Shown piece by piece: positions 42,025-52,402 of a DNA stretch of 64,000 nucleotides. The position numbers and the translations under genes were made by a program. Origin of the DNA: Leptolyngbyaceae cyanobacterium (GTDB taxonomy: Bacteria; Cyanobacteriota; Cyanobacteriia; Phormidesmidales; Phormidesmidaceae); NCBI GenBank assembly GCA_965263355.1, contig CBDHHL010000032.1, forward strand, positions 3,360,001 to 3,424,000. Direction: 5' to 3'. The first letter of the stretch is position 1, and the number at the start of each line of letters is the position of its first letter. Below the pieces are notes generated by a model that did no database searches, was not told the origin of the DNA, and saw nothing but the letters and a program-made list of their open reading frames with translations.

Positions 42025-42771
42025 TTATTCAAATCCTTCTCCACAGATATCTTCTAAGTTATCGGGACAGGTACTGATATCAACCTCAATACCGCTGAGA
42101 TCTAAAAACTGCCATTCCTGTTCTGTCGCAGGTGTCAGAATTTTGCCAATAGGGCTAATGTCAGAGAAAGGATTATAAGCAATATTTAGAGACCGAATCG
42201 TAGAAATTTGAGCAATGGGGGCAATGCTCTCAATTTGGTTATAGCTAATATCTAGGATAGTCAGTCGAGGTAACGCGGTCAGGACAGTAATATCCTGAAG
42301 TTGCGTATTAGCAAGACGTAGGGTTTGCAGCTGTTTTAGCTCAGCAATAGGGGCTAAATCTGTAATAACGCGGCCATTGAGATTAAGCTCCGTGAGATTA
42401 GGGGTGGCAATAGCAATCATTTGCAAATCGACACCCACTGGAAAATCAACCATGAGACCATTACCTGGCAAATACGCTGTTTGCAATTGTGGTCCTCGCA
42501 GAACATCCACCGCTACCAGCCGTTGTTCAGCTGTTTCACAATCATCAGTAGTTAACCCTGACATCAGTGCCTCCATCGTCTGCCAGGCATAAAGGCGCTC
42601 GTACAGGACATTACTCCAGCTTCCGGAAATTCCCTGAAACACTCGACATAGATCAGCAAATGTAGGTTCAGGTATGGCTAATGCACTGGCAGTAGGCACT
42701 CCCATAGTAGTACCCCAAACAGTAGCTACACCAGCCACCATATTCATCATCCAATGATTGAGTTGGGGCAT
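42025..42771 (-). CDS. Secreted internalin-like leucine-rich repeat protein
   Basis: Signal-like N-terminus; about four 22-aa LRRs ('LTELNLNGRVITDLAPI', 'LTILDISYNQIESIAPI'). Confidence 0.8.
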   Translation of the reverse strand: MPQLNHWMMNMVAGVATVWGTTMGVPTASALAIPEPTFADLCRVFQGISGSWSNVLYERLYAWQTMEALMSGLTTDDCETAEQRLVAVDVLRGPQLQTAYLPGNGLMVDFPVGVDLQMIAIATPNLTELNLNGRVITDLAPIAELKQLQTLRLANTQLQDITVLTALPRLTILDISYNQIESIAPIAQISTIRSLNIAYNPFSDISPIGKILTPATEQEWQFLDLSGIEVDISTCPDNLEDICGEGFE

Positions 42772-43232
42772 AATAACCTTTTATGCAATAGACTAAAGAG
42801 TATTGGACCACCAAATCATCCCAGAGGTTCACGACTCTTTATAACCATTTATATTTGGCAAGCTGTTGCCGCAAGAAAAGTCTCTCTTACCAATAAACAG
42901 GGTACTAAATTAAGAGCAAAGCAAAAAGTAAGCTAAAGGTTTCAGTATGGACATGATTTAAATGACAAAATGGTTATCATAAGAGAAAATTAACTATGGC
43001 ATCTAGGTTCCGATAATCGGATTGTCCCAGCATCTATTTAAACTCAGGATTATCTTGCTAACAGATCAAGCAGGGTAGTGTTCTATCGGTAATTACGGAT
43101 TTTAATACGAAGATATAAAAAGGCCCGATAAATTCTTCCGCAAATTCCGTATTCATTACTTCATGATGTGCTGAAGAGCCTATGTGACCAGGGTAATCTT
43201 AATATCAGGTAGTCTTGTCAGTCAGGTTTTCT

Positions 43233-45041
43233 ATGGAAGGAGCGCAGCCATCGCTTCAGAACCAGCAGCGTGTCCTTGCCGCAATCGTGGTTACCGATGC
43301 TGTTGGTTTTAGTGCCCAGATGTCCGCTGATGAAGAACGGGCACTGGCAATTATTAATCGAGATCTTAAGCAGATTGCTAACCTCTGCAATGTGTTCAAA
43401 GGTCAAGTACTCAAATCAACTGGCGATGGTCTGTTGATGTGCTTTTTTAGTGCAGCCCAGGCGGTTGCCTGTGCCTTAAATATTCAGAAAAAACTGCGCA
43501 GCGATACCAAACGAGATTGTTTTGATCATCGTATCGGCATTCATTTAGGGGATGTATACATCAACAATTCAGATGTCATGGGAAATGGCGTCAATATTGC
43601 CGCCAGACTAGAGAGCTTTGCAGCTCCTGGTGAAATCTGTGTTTCCCAAGTGGTCTACGACGTAGTCAAAAGCCGCTTGGATCTAGATGTCACGTTTCTA
43701 GGTCCACTGAACCTCAAAAATATTCAGGAATCGGTTCCTGCTTATCAACTGCATCCAATGGTTGAGTTGGATGTCTGCGATGTAGAAATGACCCGCCCCT
43801 TTTTTGCCGAAAGCTATGAAGGTTATACCTTTGATAGTCCACTTGAGCAGGCGTTGCAAGCCCTAACGGACCATACCGATCATTTACGCATCAAAAAGTT
43901 GATCTTTGGTACTTGTCAAAATCTATGGGAAAACGACACTGTAGTTCTGGAGCAGTTTTCGCTACAGCATCTGATTGAGTCATTGATCCAGCGGAATCCA
44001 TCAGTGGAACATTGTCGTGCTAGCCTTTACCGTATCGTTGCCACCCTCAACCACAAAGAGGTGTATTCTGATGTGGCTGAGTTTATTCTGCAAGCCCTGA
44101 CTCCGATTTACATAGAGAGAGCCGCTCACCAACTCCCTAGAAAAGTAGACGAAGCCCAACTACCAACGATCCAGGAAGTAGCAGAAAAAGTAGAAGAGGA
44201 AGTTGCTAGGGATCGCTATCAAAAAGTTGCCGATGAACTAGAACGTGATGCCCAAATTATCCGGATAAAAAAAGTACTTTATTGCCTTTGCCATAAAGTT
44301 TGGGAAACGGACATTCAAAAAATTGAGCAGGCCGATACGGTTATTTTGATCCAGCAGCTTTATCAACTGACGCCAACGCCTAACGATCTTAAGTATCGAC
44401 TGCGCCATCTGCTCCATCATCTCAATCGGAAAGCCAAATACACAAAAATTGTTAACACCATTTTTAAGGCTTTTCATCCCCTATACAGTGGTCAGACCGC
44501 GCTGATCCCAATGTCGACGCCAGGTCTCACCAATGCTAGTGATACAGATAGTCCAGAAACCTGTTTTGGTGACCTACCAGTGGGTATCCACCCCGAAAAT
44601 ACCGTGGCTTTCTCAGCCAAGTCTCTAGAAGGGCCATCCATGGGTGATGTAGCCCAAGTAAAAGATCGGGCCGATTTATTTGAACTCAGGCTCGACATTA
44701 TTAAATACTGCAACCCGCTCCGAGCCAAAATCCTATTGCACTCTACGCTTTACAGTCCCTTTACCGGTAGTTCACAGGAGTGGTCCCTATTGCGTAGTAA
44801 AACCTTAGAAGACTTTTTACGAGAGGTCTTTAACTACTGCTCATCATTTCAAGATCTAGAGAGCAAACTTTCCATTATTGTTCATTGCCTAGAAGACATC
44901 GATGAAAACGAACCTGTGGTGACAGCCATTCTCAACGCAATTAAACCTTACTATGCTGAACCCAGTCAGGTAATTCCGACAGATAATGCTCGAGCTACTG
45001 TTCCCGCCATTACATCTATGAGGCCCGCATCCTATGGATAA
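43233..45041 (+). CDS. Class III adenylate/guanylate cyclase fused to three ~90-aa helical repeats
   Basis: 'VVTDAVGFS', 'KSTGDG', 'RIGIHLG', '[14 protein letters not shown]', 'LKNI'; repeats visible by eye; start set at ATG 43233. Confidence 0.88.
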   Translation: MEGAQPSLQNQQRVLAAIVVTDAVGFSAQMSADEERALAIINRDLKQIANLCNVFKGQVLKSTGDGLLMCFFSAAQAVACALNIQKKLRSDTKRDCFDHRIGIHLGDVYINNSDVMGNGVNIAARLESFAAPGEICVSQVVYDVVKSRLDLDVTFLGPLNLKNIQESVPAYQLHPMVELDVCDVEMTRPFFAESYEGYTFDSPLEQALQALTDHTDHLRIKKLIFGTCQNLWENDTVVLEQFSLQHLIESLIQRNPSVEHCRASLYRIVATLNHKEVYSDVAEFILQALTPIYIERAAHQLPRKVDEAQLPTIQEVAEKVEEEVARDRYQKVADELERDAQIIRIKKVLYCLCHKVWETDIQKIEQADTVILIQQLYQLTPTPNDLKYRLRHLLHHLNRKAKYTKIVNTIFKAFHPLYSGQTALIPMSTPGLTNASDTDSPETCFGDLPVGIHPENTVAFSAKSLEGPSMGDVAQVKDRADLFELRLDIIKYCNPLRAKILLHSTLYSPFTGSSQEWSLLRSKTLEDFLREVFNYCSSFQDLESKLSIIVHCLEDIDENEPVVTAILNAIKPYYAEPSQVIPTDNARATVPAITSMRPASYG

Positions 45042-46029
45042 TGCCGCTGAACTCATCGCTTGCTACAACAGTGGCCAAAAAGACTTTAGTGGTCTATGTT
45101 TAGCAGGTTTGCAATTACCAAAATCAGATCTGATCGGGGCCAATTTTTCCAAGACCGATTTGGAGCGTACAGATCTAATGTTCTCCTATTTGAGTCGAGT
45201 TAATTTACAGCAGGCTAATTTGAGCCATGCAAACCTAAGTGGCGTCAATCTCAACCAGGCAAATTTAATCTATACAAACTTAAGCGATGCCAACCTACAC
45301 GGTGCAAGCTTACAGGGGGCCGATCTACGGGGGGCCGATCTCACCCTAGCTGACCTATTTGATGTAAATTTAGCCGATGCGGATCTACGCAATGCGGATC
45401 TTAGCGGTGCAAATTTAACAGGAGCCTGTTTACGCGGAGCAAATTTGCGTCAAGAATTACGCAGTGAACAAACGATTTTACGCGGAGCCCATCTGCGCCA
45501 GGTAGATCTGCGAGGGGCAAATCTTAAGGGCGCAGACTTGGCCAATGTAGATCTCAGTGGTGCTAATCTGAGCGAAGCCTTTCTTAAAGATGCGGATCTA
45601 CGCAATGCCAACCTCAACGGGGCCAACCTGAAGGGCGCGTCCTTAGCTGATGCTCAGTTAGAGGGAGCTAATCTACGCTATGCCAATCTCACACGCACTC
45701 GTGCCCAACGGGCTAATCTAGCTGGTTGCGACTTCACTGGTGCTGACCTTAAAGGCGTCAATTTTACCGACACCAAGCTTTGTGGTGCCCAGCTCTTCCA
45801 AATTGTCATCACCGAGGCCCGATTGCTTCGCTCTGACCTGAGTCGAGCCAACCTCAGTGGTGCCAACCTTACCCGCGCTGACCTGACCAATGCCTATCTT
45901 GGTCGCACTAACTTAGGGGAGGCTAACCTGACTGGGGCAATCTTATTCAAAGCTGAACTCAGCAGTGCCAATTTGGCTGGTGCCCAGTTAACTGGCACCA
46001 CCATGCCCGATGGCAAGGTACACGAGTAA
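45034..46029 (+). CDS. Pentapeptide repeat protein
   Basis: Continuous A(D/N)LxG repeats ending 'TTMPDG'; overlaps the cyclase stop by 8 nt. Confidence 0.95.
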   Translation: MDNAAELIACYNSGQKDFSGLCLAGLQLPKSDLIGANFSKTDLERTDLMFSYLSRVNLQQANLSHANLSGVNLNQANLIYTNLSDANLHGASLQGADLRGADLTLADLFDVNLADADLRNADLSGANLTGACLRGANLRQELRSEQTILRGAHLRQVDLRGANLKGADLANVDLSGANLSEAFLKDADLRNANLNGANLKGASLADAQLEGANLRYANLTRTRAQRANLAGCDFTGADLKGVNFTDTKLCGAQLFQIVITEARLLRSDLSRANLSGANLTRADLTNAYLGRTNLGEANLTGAILFKAELSSANLAGAQLTGTTMPDGKVHE

Positions 46030-46108
46030 GCCTCAGACAAACGGATTCATTATAGATGGCCTGTTGCTATCAATGCCCAGACATAGCCTCAGATATATTT
46101 AAACTGTA

Positions 46109-47230
46109 TTAGCTTAATCTGCGTTTTGTTAGCAATGTGCCAGTACCCACAATAACTATAGCTAGGAACGCACCGCGGGAGGTCGGCTCTGGCACACTGG
46201 CAACTGGAGTTGTATTGTCATCATGCAGAGCTGCCAGGGCAAAATCACTCACAATTCTATAGGCGGCTGTGGTGGGATGCGTATCATCCCAAAATAAAAA
46301 CTCCTCTGGGTTATTGCACACGCCATCGAACTGAAACCCTGGCTGAAAATTTATCAAGCAAGCATCGGTGACATTGGTCAAACTAAATGCATTGGGATTT
46401 GCCAGTATTTCAGCAAACAACGTATTGATATCGAGGACAATGACGTTGGCATCAGGTTGACTCTGGCTAAATGCGTCTAGTTTTGCTGATAGTAATGCAT
46501 TATGGGTGTCGATTAATTGATTTAGAGTTGTTGGAACATCTATTGGAGTCTGGGCATCTAAAAAATCTGCCAAAGGAGCATCGCCAATGGAGGGTAAGTT
46601 AACGACTAAAAACTCTTTTGCGCCTACACTACTGAGTTGAGTGAGACCGGTAATAATGTTGTCAGTAACGAAATTAGGTAGCTCTCCCAGAGACAAGCTA
46701 CCCAAGGATGCTGGACTAAAAAAGGCTTCATTATAGTCATTAGCACCACTCCAGATAACATTCAGGGCATCGGGGTCTACAGGCAACGTCGCTGAAAGTG
46801 CTGTAAATGCCTCGATTTGATCTAAAACACCCGGAAAGAATGCATCTAGTAAGGGAAAGTCGTCATCTAGGATATGAATATCGGAAGAGAGCGCTCCGGC
46901 AAAGGCAAAGTTGATACCTTGGGTAGGCGGTGGCGTAGTACTGGGATTGATGATTAACTCCGTGGCCAGTATGGGAGACAATCCTAGGGCTTGACCGACG
47001 TTTTCAATCCATATGGGACCATTGGAGTTGCGCTGAGCGTAGGGTGGACTAGGTGGTACAGCCGGAAGACCAAAGGGAGAGAGTAGGGCATCAGTGAGGT
47101 TAAATAGGTTGCCTGAGTCGGCTAAACTATCGCCAAAGACGTTTAATCCGGTAAATGATGCAGCCCTAGCGTCCAGGCACATCATGCAAGATGAGATAAT
47201 AACCCCTGCAGTCAATAGTCTATGCTTCAT
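46109..47230 (-). CDS. Secreted SGNH/GDSL lipase with PEP-CTERM sorting signal
   Basis: 'VFGDSLADSGN', 'GANDY', 'WDDTHPT'; C-terminal 'VPEP'-TM-'KRR'. Confidence 0.9.
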   Translation of the reverse strand: MKHRLLTAGVIISSCMMCLDARAASFTGLNVFGDSLADSGNLFNLTDALLSPFGLPAVPPSPPYAQRNSNGPIWIENVGQALGLSPILATELIINPSTTPPPTQGINFAFAGALSSDIHILDDDFPLLDAFFPGVLDQIEAFTALSATLPVDPDALNVIWSGANDYNEAFFSPASLGSLSLGELPNFVTDNIITGLTQLSSVGAKEFLVVNLPSIGDAPLADFLDAQTPIDVPTTLNQLIDTHNALLSAKLDAFSQSQPDANVIVLDINTLFAEILANPNAFSLTNVTDACLINFQPGFQFDGVCNNPEEFLFWDDTHPTTAAYRIVSDFALAALHDDNTTPVASVPEPTSRGAFLAIVIVGTGTLLTKRRLS

Positions 47231-48109
47231 GCCTGCTTGCTGTGCTCAACACAGCCTTCATAATACACAGTTCAAAAAATGCTACTTTCATTGGGTTAGT
47301 GAGCTGATACATAGCGACTGAAGCCCTTATGTCTCAGATACTCTTTAATATGACCCAGGCACTCATCAATTTCTTTTAATCTGCCCTTTGTTTAGTTATA
47401 GGTGGACAATGTTTTTTCCTCAAGACATCCCAATAAGCTTTGTATAAAGTTTCAATGAAGTTTTGATGCAAGGGATAAAGTTAAGTTGTAGCTGCCAGGT
47501 TTTTAGGTCACTATTAGCAAAATTTATCGGTTAATTACCAAGATTCAGCTTTTAGCTCAGTTAGCTCTGACAAGGGTGTTTATCCCATCGAATGTTGACT
47601 TTATAATGAAAATTATTGAATTGATCAAACCCTTGGCTGAGTCAGAGCACTTCACCATAGACAAAGCCGACATCAAAAATGAAGTCCAATACAAAGAGCT
47701 GCAACTGTTGAGGAAATCAAAGGAGAACTGAGCCAAGTGTTATGAAAGCCTAAAAGCAATTCTGAATGCGAGAGATCCATAGACCTGTACAACCTTGGAT
47801 CAGCTAAGACATAAATCGGATGAATTTCTTAGAACTCTGCTTATGCCAAACGATTTTGGAGTAGGTTGGAGATTCTCAGCAAGTGTCTAACAGATAGTGT
47901 GCCGCAACTTACAACTGCTTCACCGAGGCCGATTACTCCAAAGCCTGTCCACGTAAAACATTGTTGCCTGACGATTAATGTCGATGACATATCAGGCACG
48001 GTTAGCCCTAATTTATCTTGTGAAGTCATCATTACTCACCCCTCGCTGTTAACAAATTGGCTAGATGAGGTAGGATTACTAATTCGTGGAGAATCAAAAA
48101 GGAGACTTT

Positions 48110-48532
48110 TTACGAACTTAAACTAACTGTTTCAATCAGGGGACAGATGTCTCCTAAAGACAGTTGTGGTTGATTTGATGCCCAACGCTCACGATAATCT
48201 TCTAGTTCTGCTTTAAACTCTGTCATCTGACGAATCTGACTCTCTAAGTGCTCAATCTTTTCTTGCAACAGAGATTGCACCAACCGACAAGGCACATCTC
48301 CTCGCTCGTGTAAATTAAGCACCTCACCAATCTCTTCTAGGGAAAAACCAATGGCCTGAGCCTTTTTTATAAACTGCACCTGGCGCACTGCCTCAGGAGA
48401 ATAATAGCGGTAGCCATTGTTGCCGCGCTCTGATGTGAGTAAGCCTAGGCTTTCGTAATAACGTAGGGCACCCACAGCCAGCCCCGTCTGTTTCGCGACC
48501 TCACCGATTCTTAGCCGGAAAGCCATAATCAA
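48110..48532 (-). CDS. MerR-family heavy-metal-responsive regulator
   Basis: 'LRIGEVAKQTG...LRYYE...GYRYY', 'GFSLEEI', Cys in 'VPC' and 'ICPLIE'. Confidence 0.92.
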   Translation of the reverse strand: MIMAFRLRIGEVAKQTGLAVGALRYYESLGLLTSERGNNGYRYYSPEAVRQVQFIKKAQAIGFSLEEIGEVLNLHERGDVPCRLVQSLLQEKIEHLESQIRQMTEFKAELEDYRERWASNQPQLSLGDICPLIETVSLSS

Positions 48533-48553
48533 TATATCTAACCCATCAACGTG

Positions 48554-48586
48554 ATCATAAACCCTACAGCCAAGTATAGAGTGTGA
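48554..48586 (-). promoter_or_regulatory. MerR-type operator dyad next to a -10-like TATGAT
   Basis: ACCCTACA-gccaag-TATAGAGT imperfect dyad (48561-48582); TATGAT on the minus strand at 48554-48559. Confidence 0.55.
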
Positions 48587-48672
48587 GATCTCTGGAGATA
48601 ATTGTTTTGCCCTTAAGCGAGCTAGAGGCTGTATCTTAAAGTGGGATAGTACAAAAGTCCAAGGAATTCTGA

Positions 48673-49080
48673 TTGGGAGTGGAAAATGAATTGCTGATGG
48701 TCACCGCTAATTACAAAATCAAAACAGTTAGTTTCCTAGTGATTGGCTGGCTTTTAGCACAGCCAGCTATAGCTCACAATGGTGAGAGTCATGGCCAAAA
48801 GCAAAAGGACTCTCCAGAAGAGTTGCAGCCTTCTACTCCTAATACTGCTGAACCTGACCCAATCGATTCTAGTACCTACGTTCCAGAGGTCAATGCTGAG
48901 GCTGAGGTTACTACCGTGGAGTCGGTTGCAGGTGCCGACCTGTCAGCATCTCAGTCTGCTAGTTTCTCATTAGATGGTTATTCGATCGGTTTAGGTGAAA
49001 TTCTGTTTGGTTTGATCTTGATTTTCCCCTGGTTACTGATCACACTCAGAAAGCAGCTAAATTTCTCTACACGTTCATGA
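48673..49080 (+). CDS. Hypothetical exported protein with N-terminal His motif and C-terminal TM anchor
   Basis: Signal peptide ending 'AIA-HNGESHG', acidic linker, C-terminal TM helix; start uncertain. Confidence 0.65.
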   Translation: MGVENELLMVTANYKIKTVSFLVIGWLLAQPAIAHNGESHGQKQKDSPEELQPSTPNTAEPDPIDSSTYVPEVNAEAEVTTVESVAGADLSASQSASFSLDGYSIGLGEILFGLILIFPWLLITLRKQLNFSTRS

Positions 49081-49358
49081 AGGTCAACCAAATGCGTCAG
49101 CTCCATCGTGCCCTAGTTCCATTTGTGGTGCTGCCGCTCCTGATTACCCTTATAACTGGAACTGCTTTTCAGTTTGCGGTTGCGGCTAATCGTGCCGCAG
49201 ATTTTCTTTGGTTGCTCGATTTGCATCGTGGCAATTTCGGTGCCGTTAATTTGGAATTTATATATCCCATTTTGAATGCTCTGGGACTATTAACCCTAAT
49301 TATTAGTGGAGTATTTATGTGGATGAATACAAGGATAAGGCGGCGAACCAAGGCTTAG
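49077..49358 (+). CDS. PepSY-associated TM-helix small membrane protein
   Basis: 'RQLHR...LPLLITLITG', 'LLDLHRG'; ATGA overlap with upstream ORF. Confidence 0.75.
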   Translation: MKVNQMRQLHRALVPFVVLPLLITLITGTAFQFAVAANRAADFLWLLDLHRGNFGAVNLEFIYPILNALGLLTLIISGVFMWMNTRIRRRTKA

Positions 49359-50257
49359 GCAGCTGGATAGGTTTCTAGCTCTAGAGCTTTAAACACATCT
49401 AGAAACGCATAGACAGCTGGCGATAGTAGGGCATTTTTTGGCCAGGATACGCCTAGGTGTCGAAAAATTTGGAAGGGAAGTTGCATCACCCGCACATCCT
49501 TAGGTATGGGGTGAGCTGATAACTGATGTAAAATGCCAATGCCTAACCCCTGGTTGACCATGCCCACAATCGTACTATCAGTGCGCACCCGATAGTCCAC
49601 ATCAATGGGAGGTACCACCTGCTTCAGAGCACGGTTAATGCGATCAGTACAACTGCTATGGACGGAGGTAATTAAAGGATGCTCATAGAGATGATCCCAG
49701 GTGAGTTGCGAGGGGGCAATAGAATAATTTGACGGTACTAATCCGATACAAGGATCATTGATGACTGGTAACGTTTCAAAGTCTTCATTCGGTAGCAGCT
49801 CAGCTACAGAAATATCGGCTTTGCCTTCCACTAATGCCTGCTGAAATTCCCGTAGCTCATCCATTTCAGTAATAGTGACCTGAATATTGGGATAGGTGGC
49901 ATGGAGCTTTGCGATCGCACTCGGTAATACATTGCTGGCCATGCTACGAAATGCAACGATACGTACCTGACCACCTTCTATACCTCTGGCCTGGGAGGCT
50001 AGCTGACCAATATCATCCAGAGTTTGCAGCATCTGCTGAGCCTTGGCACAGATGGACTCACCAACAGGGGTTAAACTGGCACCATGGCGGCCACGATTCA
50101 CTAGAACGATACCTAGCTCCGTTTCTAATGCCGCAATACTATGACTGATCGTTGACTGGCTCAAACTCAGCTCTAGGGCCGCTTCACTAAAGTTTTGGGT
50201 ATTTGCGATCGCAACAAATGCCCGTATCTGTGATAGCTTAATTCTCCCTAGATTCAT
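49355..50257 (-). CDS. LysR-family transcriptional regulator
   Basis: 'NFSEAALELSLSQSTISHSIAALETELG', 'LTPVG'. Confidence 0.95.
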   Translation of the reverse strand: MNLGRIKLSQIRAFVAIANTQNFSEAALELSLSQSTISHSIAALETELGIVLVNRGRHGASLTPVGESICAKAQQMLQTLDDIGQLASQARGIEGGQVRIVAFRSMASNVLPSAIAKLHATYPNIQVTITEMDELREFQQALVEGKADISVAELLPNEDFETLPVINDPCIGLVPSNYSIAPSQLTWDHLYEHPLITSVHSSCTDRINRALKQVVPPIDVDYRVRTDSTIVGMVNQGLGIGILHQLSAHPIPKDVRVMQLPFQIFRHLGVSWPKNALLSPAVYAFLDVFKALELETYPAA

Positions 50258-50922
50258 AGCAGCTAATGACTGCTCCCACGGAGCAATGATGATCTCACTG
50301 TCAGGCTATCGCAACTAACTCAATGAGAATCATCAATTTTCTTCATGCATGCCATGGAGAATCTGAGTAGATTCCATTTAATCCCTTAGACATAGCAATC
50401 CCAAGGCCTATTCAGTGAAAACAAAATTGATATGGCGCTGTAAAAATGCTTTAGATTAGCCAGTCAAAGACCCAAGCAAGTAAAACAAGTAGTAGAAATC
50501 CGATTGCCACTGTTTCAGTGAGCCAGATCAATCGACTTTTCAGGTTAATCATGCAAAAAGTTGCCTTTTCGATACATCATCCCCAGGTAGACTCAGGTTC
50601 AGGTCAAAACCGATCTAATGTGATGAATTGCCCTGAACTAAAGAGCTTGCTAATTAGCTGAAAATACCTGTGGCTGGTTAGATGGCCTGCAAAACCGCAC
50701 CCATGTGAGCTTGGTAAGGTCAGGGTTAATACAAACAGAAGGCTAACATAATCCCATATGGGAGTGCCAAGCTTAACCGTTCACATATCAGTAATGCTAA
50801 TCTGCGTTATCGCATGCACTGAAGCTATTATATGCATCAGCAAAAATACTGACCGGAGCCTAGAAATTCTTCAAGATGACTTTACAAAGCTTGAAAGAAT
50901 CAGGGGTATCTAGCCGGAAATT

Positions 50923-51582
50923 TCAGGGGGTATCTAGCCAGCGGTACTGATAAGGCTCTGATTCAGCTCCCCAAACTTGGACATCATTCTCATCAAAGCC
51001 ACGATCCCAGGTATCCATACCAGCCTGATGTAAAACAATGGTGTTGGTCAGCCGTACGGCTCCCCGTAGATTTATCGGACAGCCTTCGTTTGGCGTACTG
51101 CCTACGTACCCTAAAGCGGAAGGGCGTAGACTGACAACGCAGACCAACTCCCCCATGTCACTGGCGTTGACTGAGGGGTTTGCTTGTTGGCAAAGCCCCG
51201 TCCAGGTCTCGGGGGTAGGTGGTTTGAAAGTGCGTGACTCTACTCGTGTGGCGTCTTCGCTGAGGGTGATTTGAAGAAAGCGTTGTCTATAAGGACTTTC
51301 TATACGTTCTGTCAAAGCTTGTTCTTGATATAGATAAATTACTGATGCATCAGCGGTCTGTCCCGTAACTTGAATAGGACAGGTGGTCATTCGAACACCC
51401 ACAAAGCGAGGGTTACGCTGGGCTTGTGCGGTGGTGTCCATAGTATGAGTTAAATGTTCTACAACAGCATCCACATGTTCTTGTAATAAAGGCTGTGAGG
51501 GATGCTGTTGAGCATTTCCGACTGGGCTGCTACTAATCCAAAGCCCCAGCACGACGGTTGGTAATGACCATAAACGGACCAT
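50923..51582 (-). CDS. CpcT/CpeT-like beta-barrel protein with signal peptide
   Basis: 'YLYQEQA...PYRQR', 'WDRGFD...QVWG'; N-terminal hydrophobic signal-like segment. Confidence 0.75.
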   Translation of the reverse strand: MVRLWSLPTVVLGLWISSSPVGNAQQHPSQPLLQEHVDAVVEHLTHTMDTTAQAQRNPRFVGVRMTTCPIQVTGQTADASVIYLYQEQALTERIESPYRQRFLQITLSEDATRVESRTFKPPTPETWTGLCQQANPSVNASDMGELVCVVSLRPSALGYVGSTPNEGCPINLRGAVRLTNTIVLHQAGMDTWDRGFDENDVQVWGAESEPYQYRWLDTP

Positions 51583-51682
51583 GGGCTTTTCAAGGCGTGG
51601 TTAGAACTTAACTATTGTCGGTCTTGTCAGTACTGAAACGTCAATTAAGTAGGCGTTTGTCACACTTTAGCTGGACCGTTCC

Positions 51683-52177
51683 CTAGGCAGCTGAGATCGC
51701 TAGTTCCATCAGGTTAATGTCAGTATCTCCTGGTCTGGGACCTAAATCTTGCCAACCGTGGCGTTGGTAAAACTTGATGGCTGGCTGGTTGGTGGGACTA
51801 ACCGATAGTTGAGCCCGCACCACACCAACTGCTTGAAATAGCTGCATGACATAAGCATGTAGCTGATCGCTGACCCCCTTTCCACGTCGACTGGGGATCA
51901 CATAAAACAGATAGACGTAACCCAGTTTTTCTTGGCCCCGTAGTTCAGTTTCGATCTGACCAATGATTTCCTGTCCATCGAAGACATGAACACAGCTTTC
52001 AGGGCAAGCGTTGATACGCTTACTGAGCCAATTTAAATAGCCTTGAGCATGCTCACCACTCTCCAGGGCAAACCGTTTATCACCATCGGTAAAACTGCAG
52101 GCAAAGGCATCACGCCGAAAGTGGACACACAGTTCGGCATGGGCTTCAAGGTCAATAGAGCGAAAAATGAGGTTCAT
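51683..52177 (-). CDS. GNAT N-acetyltransferase
   Basis: 'RRGKG', 'LSVSPTNQPAIKFYQRHGW'. Confidence 0.88.
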   Translation of the reverse strand: MNLIFRSIDLEAHAELCVHFRRDAFACSFTDGDKRFALESGEHAQGYLNWLSKRINACPESCVHVFDGQEIIGQIETELRGQEKLGYVYLFYVIPSRRGKGVSDQLHAYVMQLFQAVGVVRAQLSVSPTNQPAIKFYQRHGWQDLGPRPGDTDINLMELAISAA

Positions 52178-52402
52178 CCGATGGCGGTAGCTCTAGGGAC
52201 AAGCACAGGAAATATAGGGCAAAACGTTAATAAATCAATGGTTGGGTATTCAAACCTTCAATATATAGATTAGTGCCATTACTATCCACGTTTCTATTAC
52301 TTCCCCAGTAACTTTGCAGAAAAGTTCACAAAGCAGCCTTACTGATCTGAAATCCTGACTACTAGGCCCCTGGTATCCCAGGAATAATAAAAGGCACAGC
52401 CC

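Noticed and set aside
45034..46029. Nucleotide periodicity in this region as a DNA repeat array
   Set aside because: It is fully explained by pentapeptide-repeat coding.
41424..49910. HIP1-free stretch as evidence of a genomic island
   Set aside because: Gaps of 5-6 kb also occur in core regions such as 15.4-21.7 kb; no integrase, tRNA or flanking direct repeats are seen.
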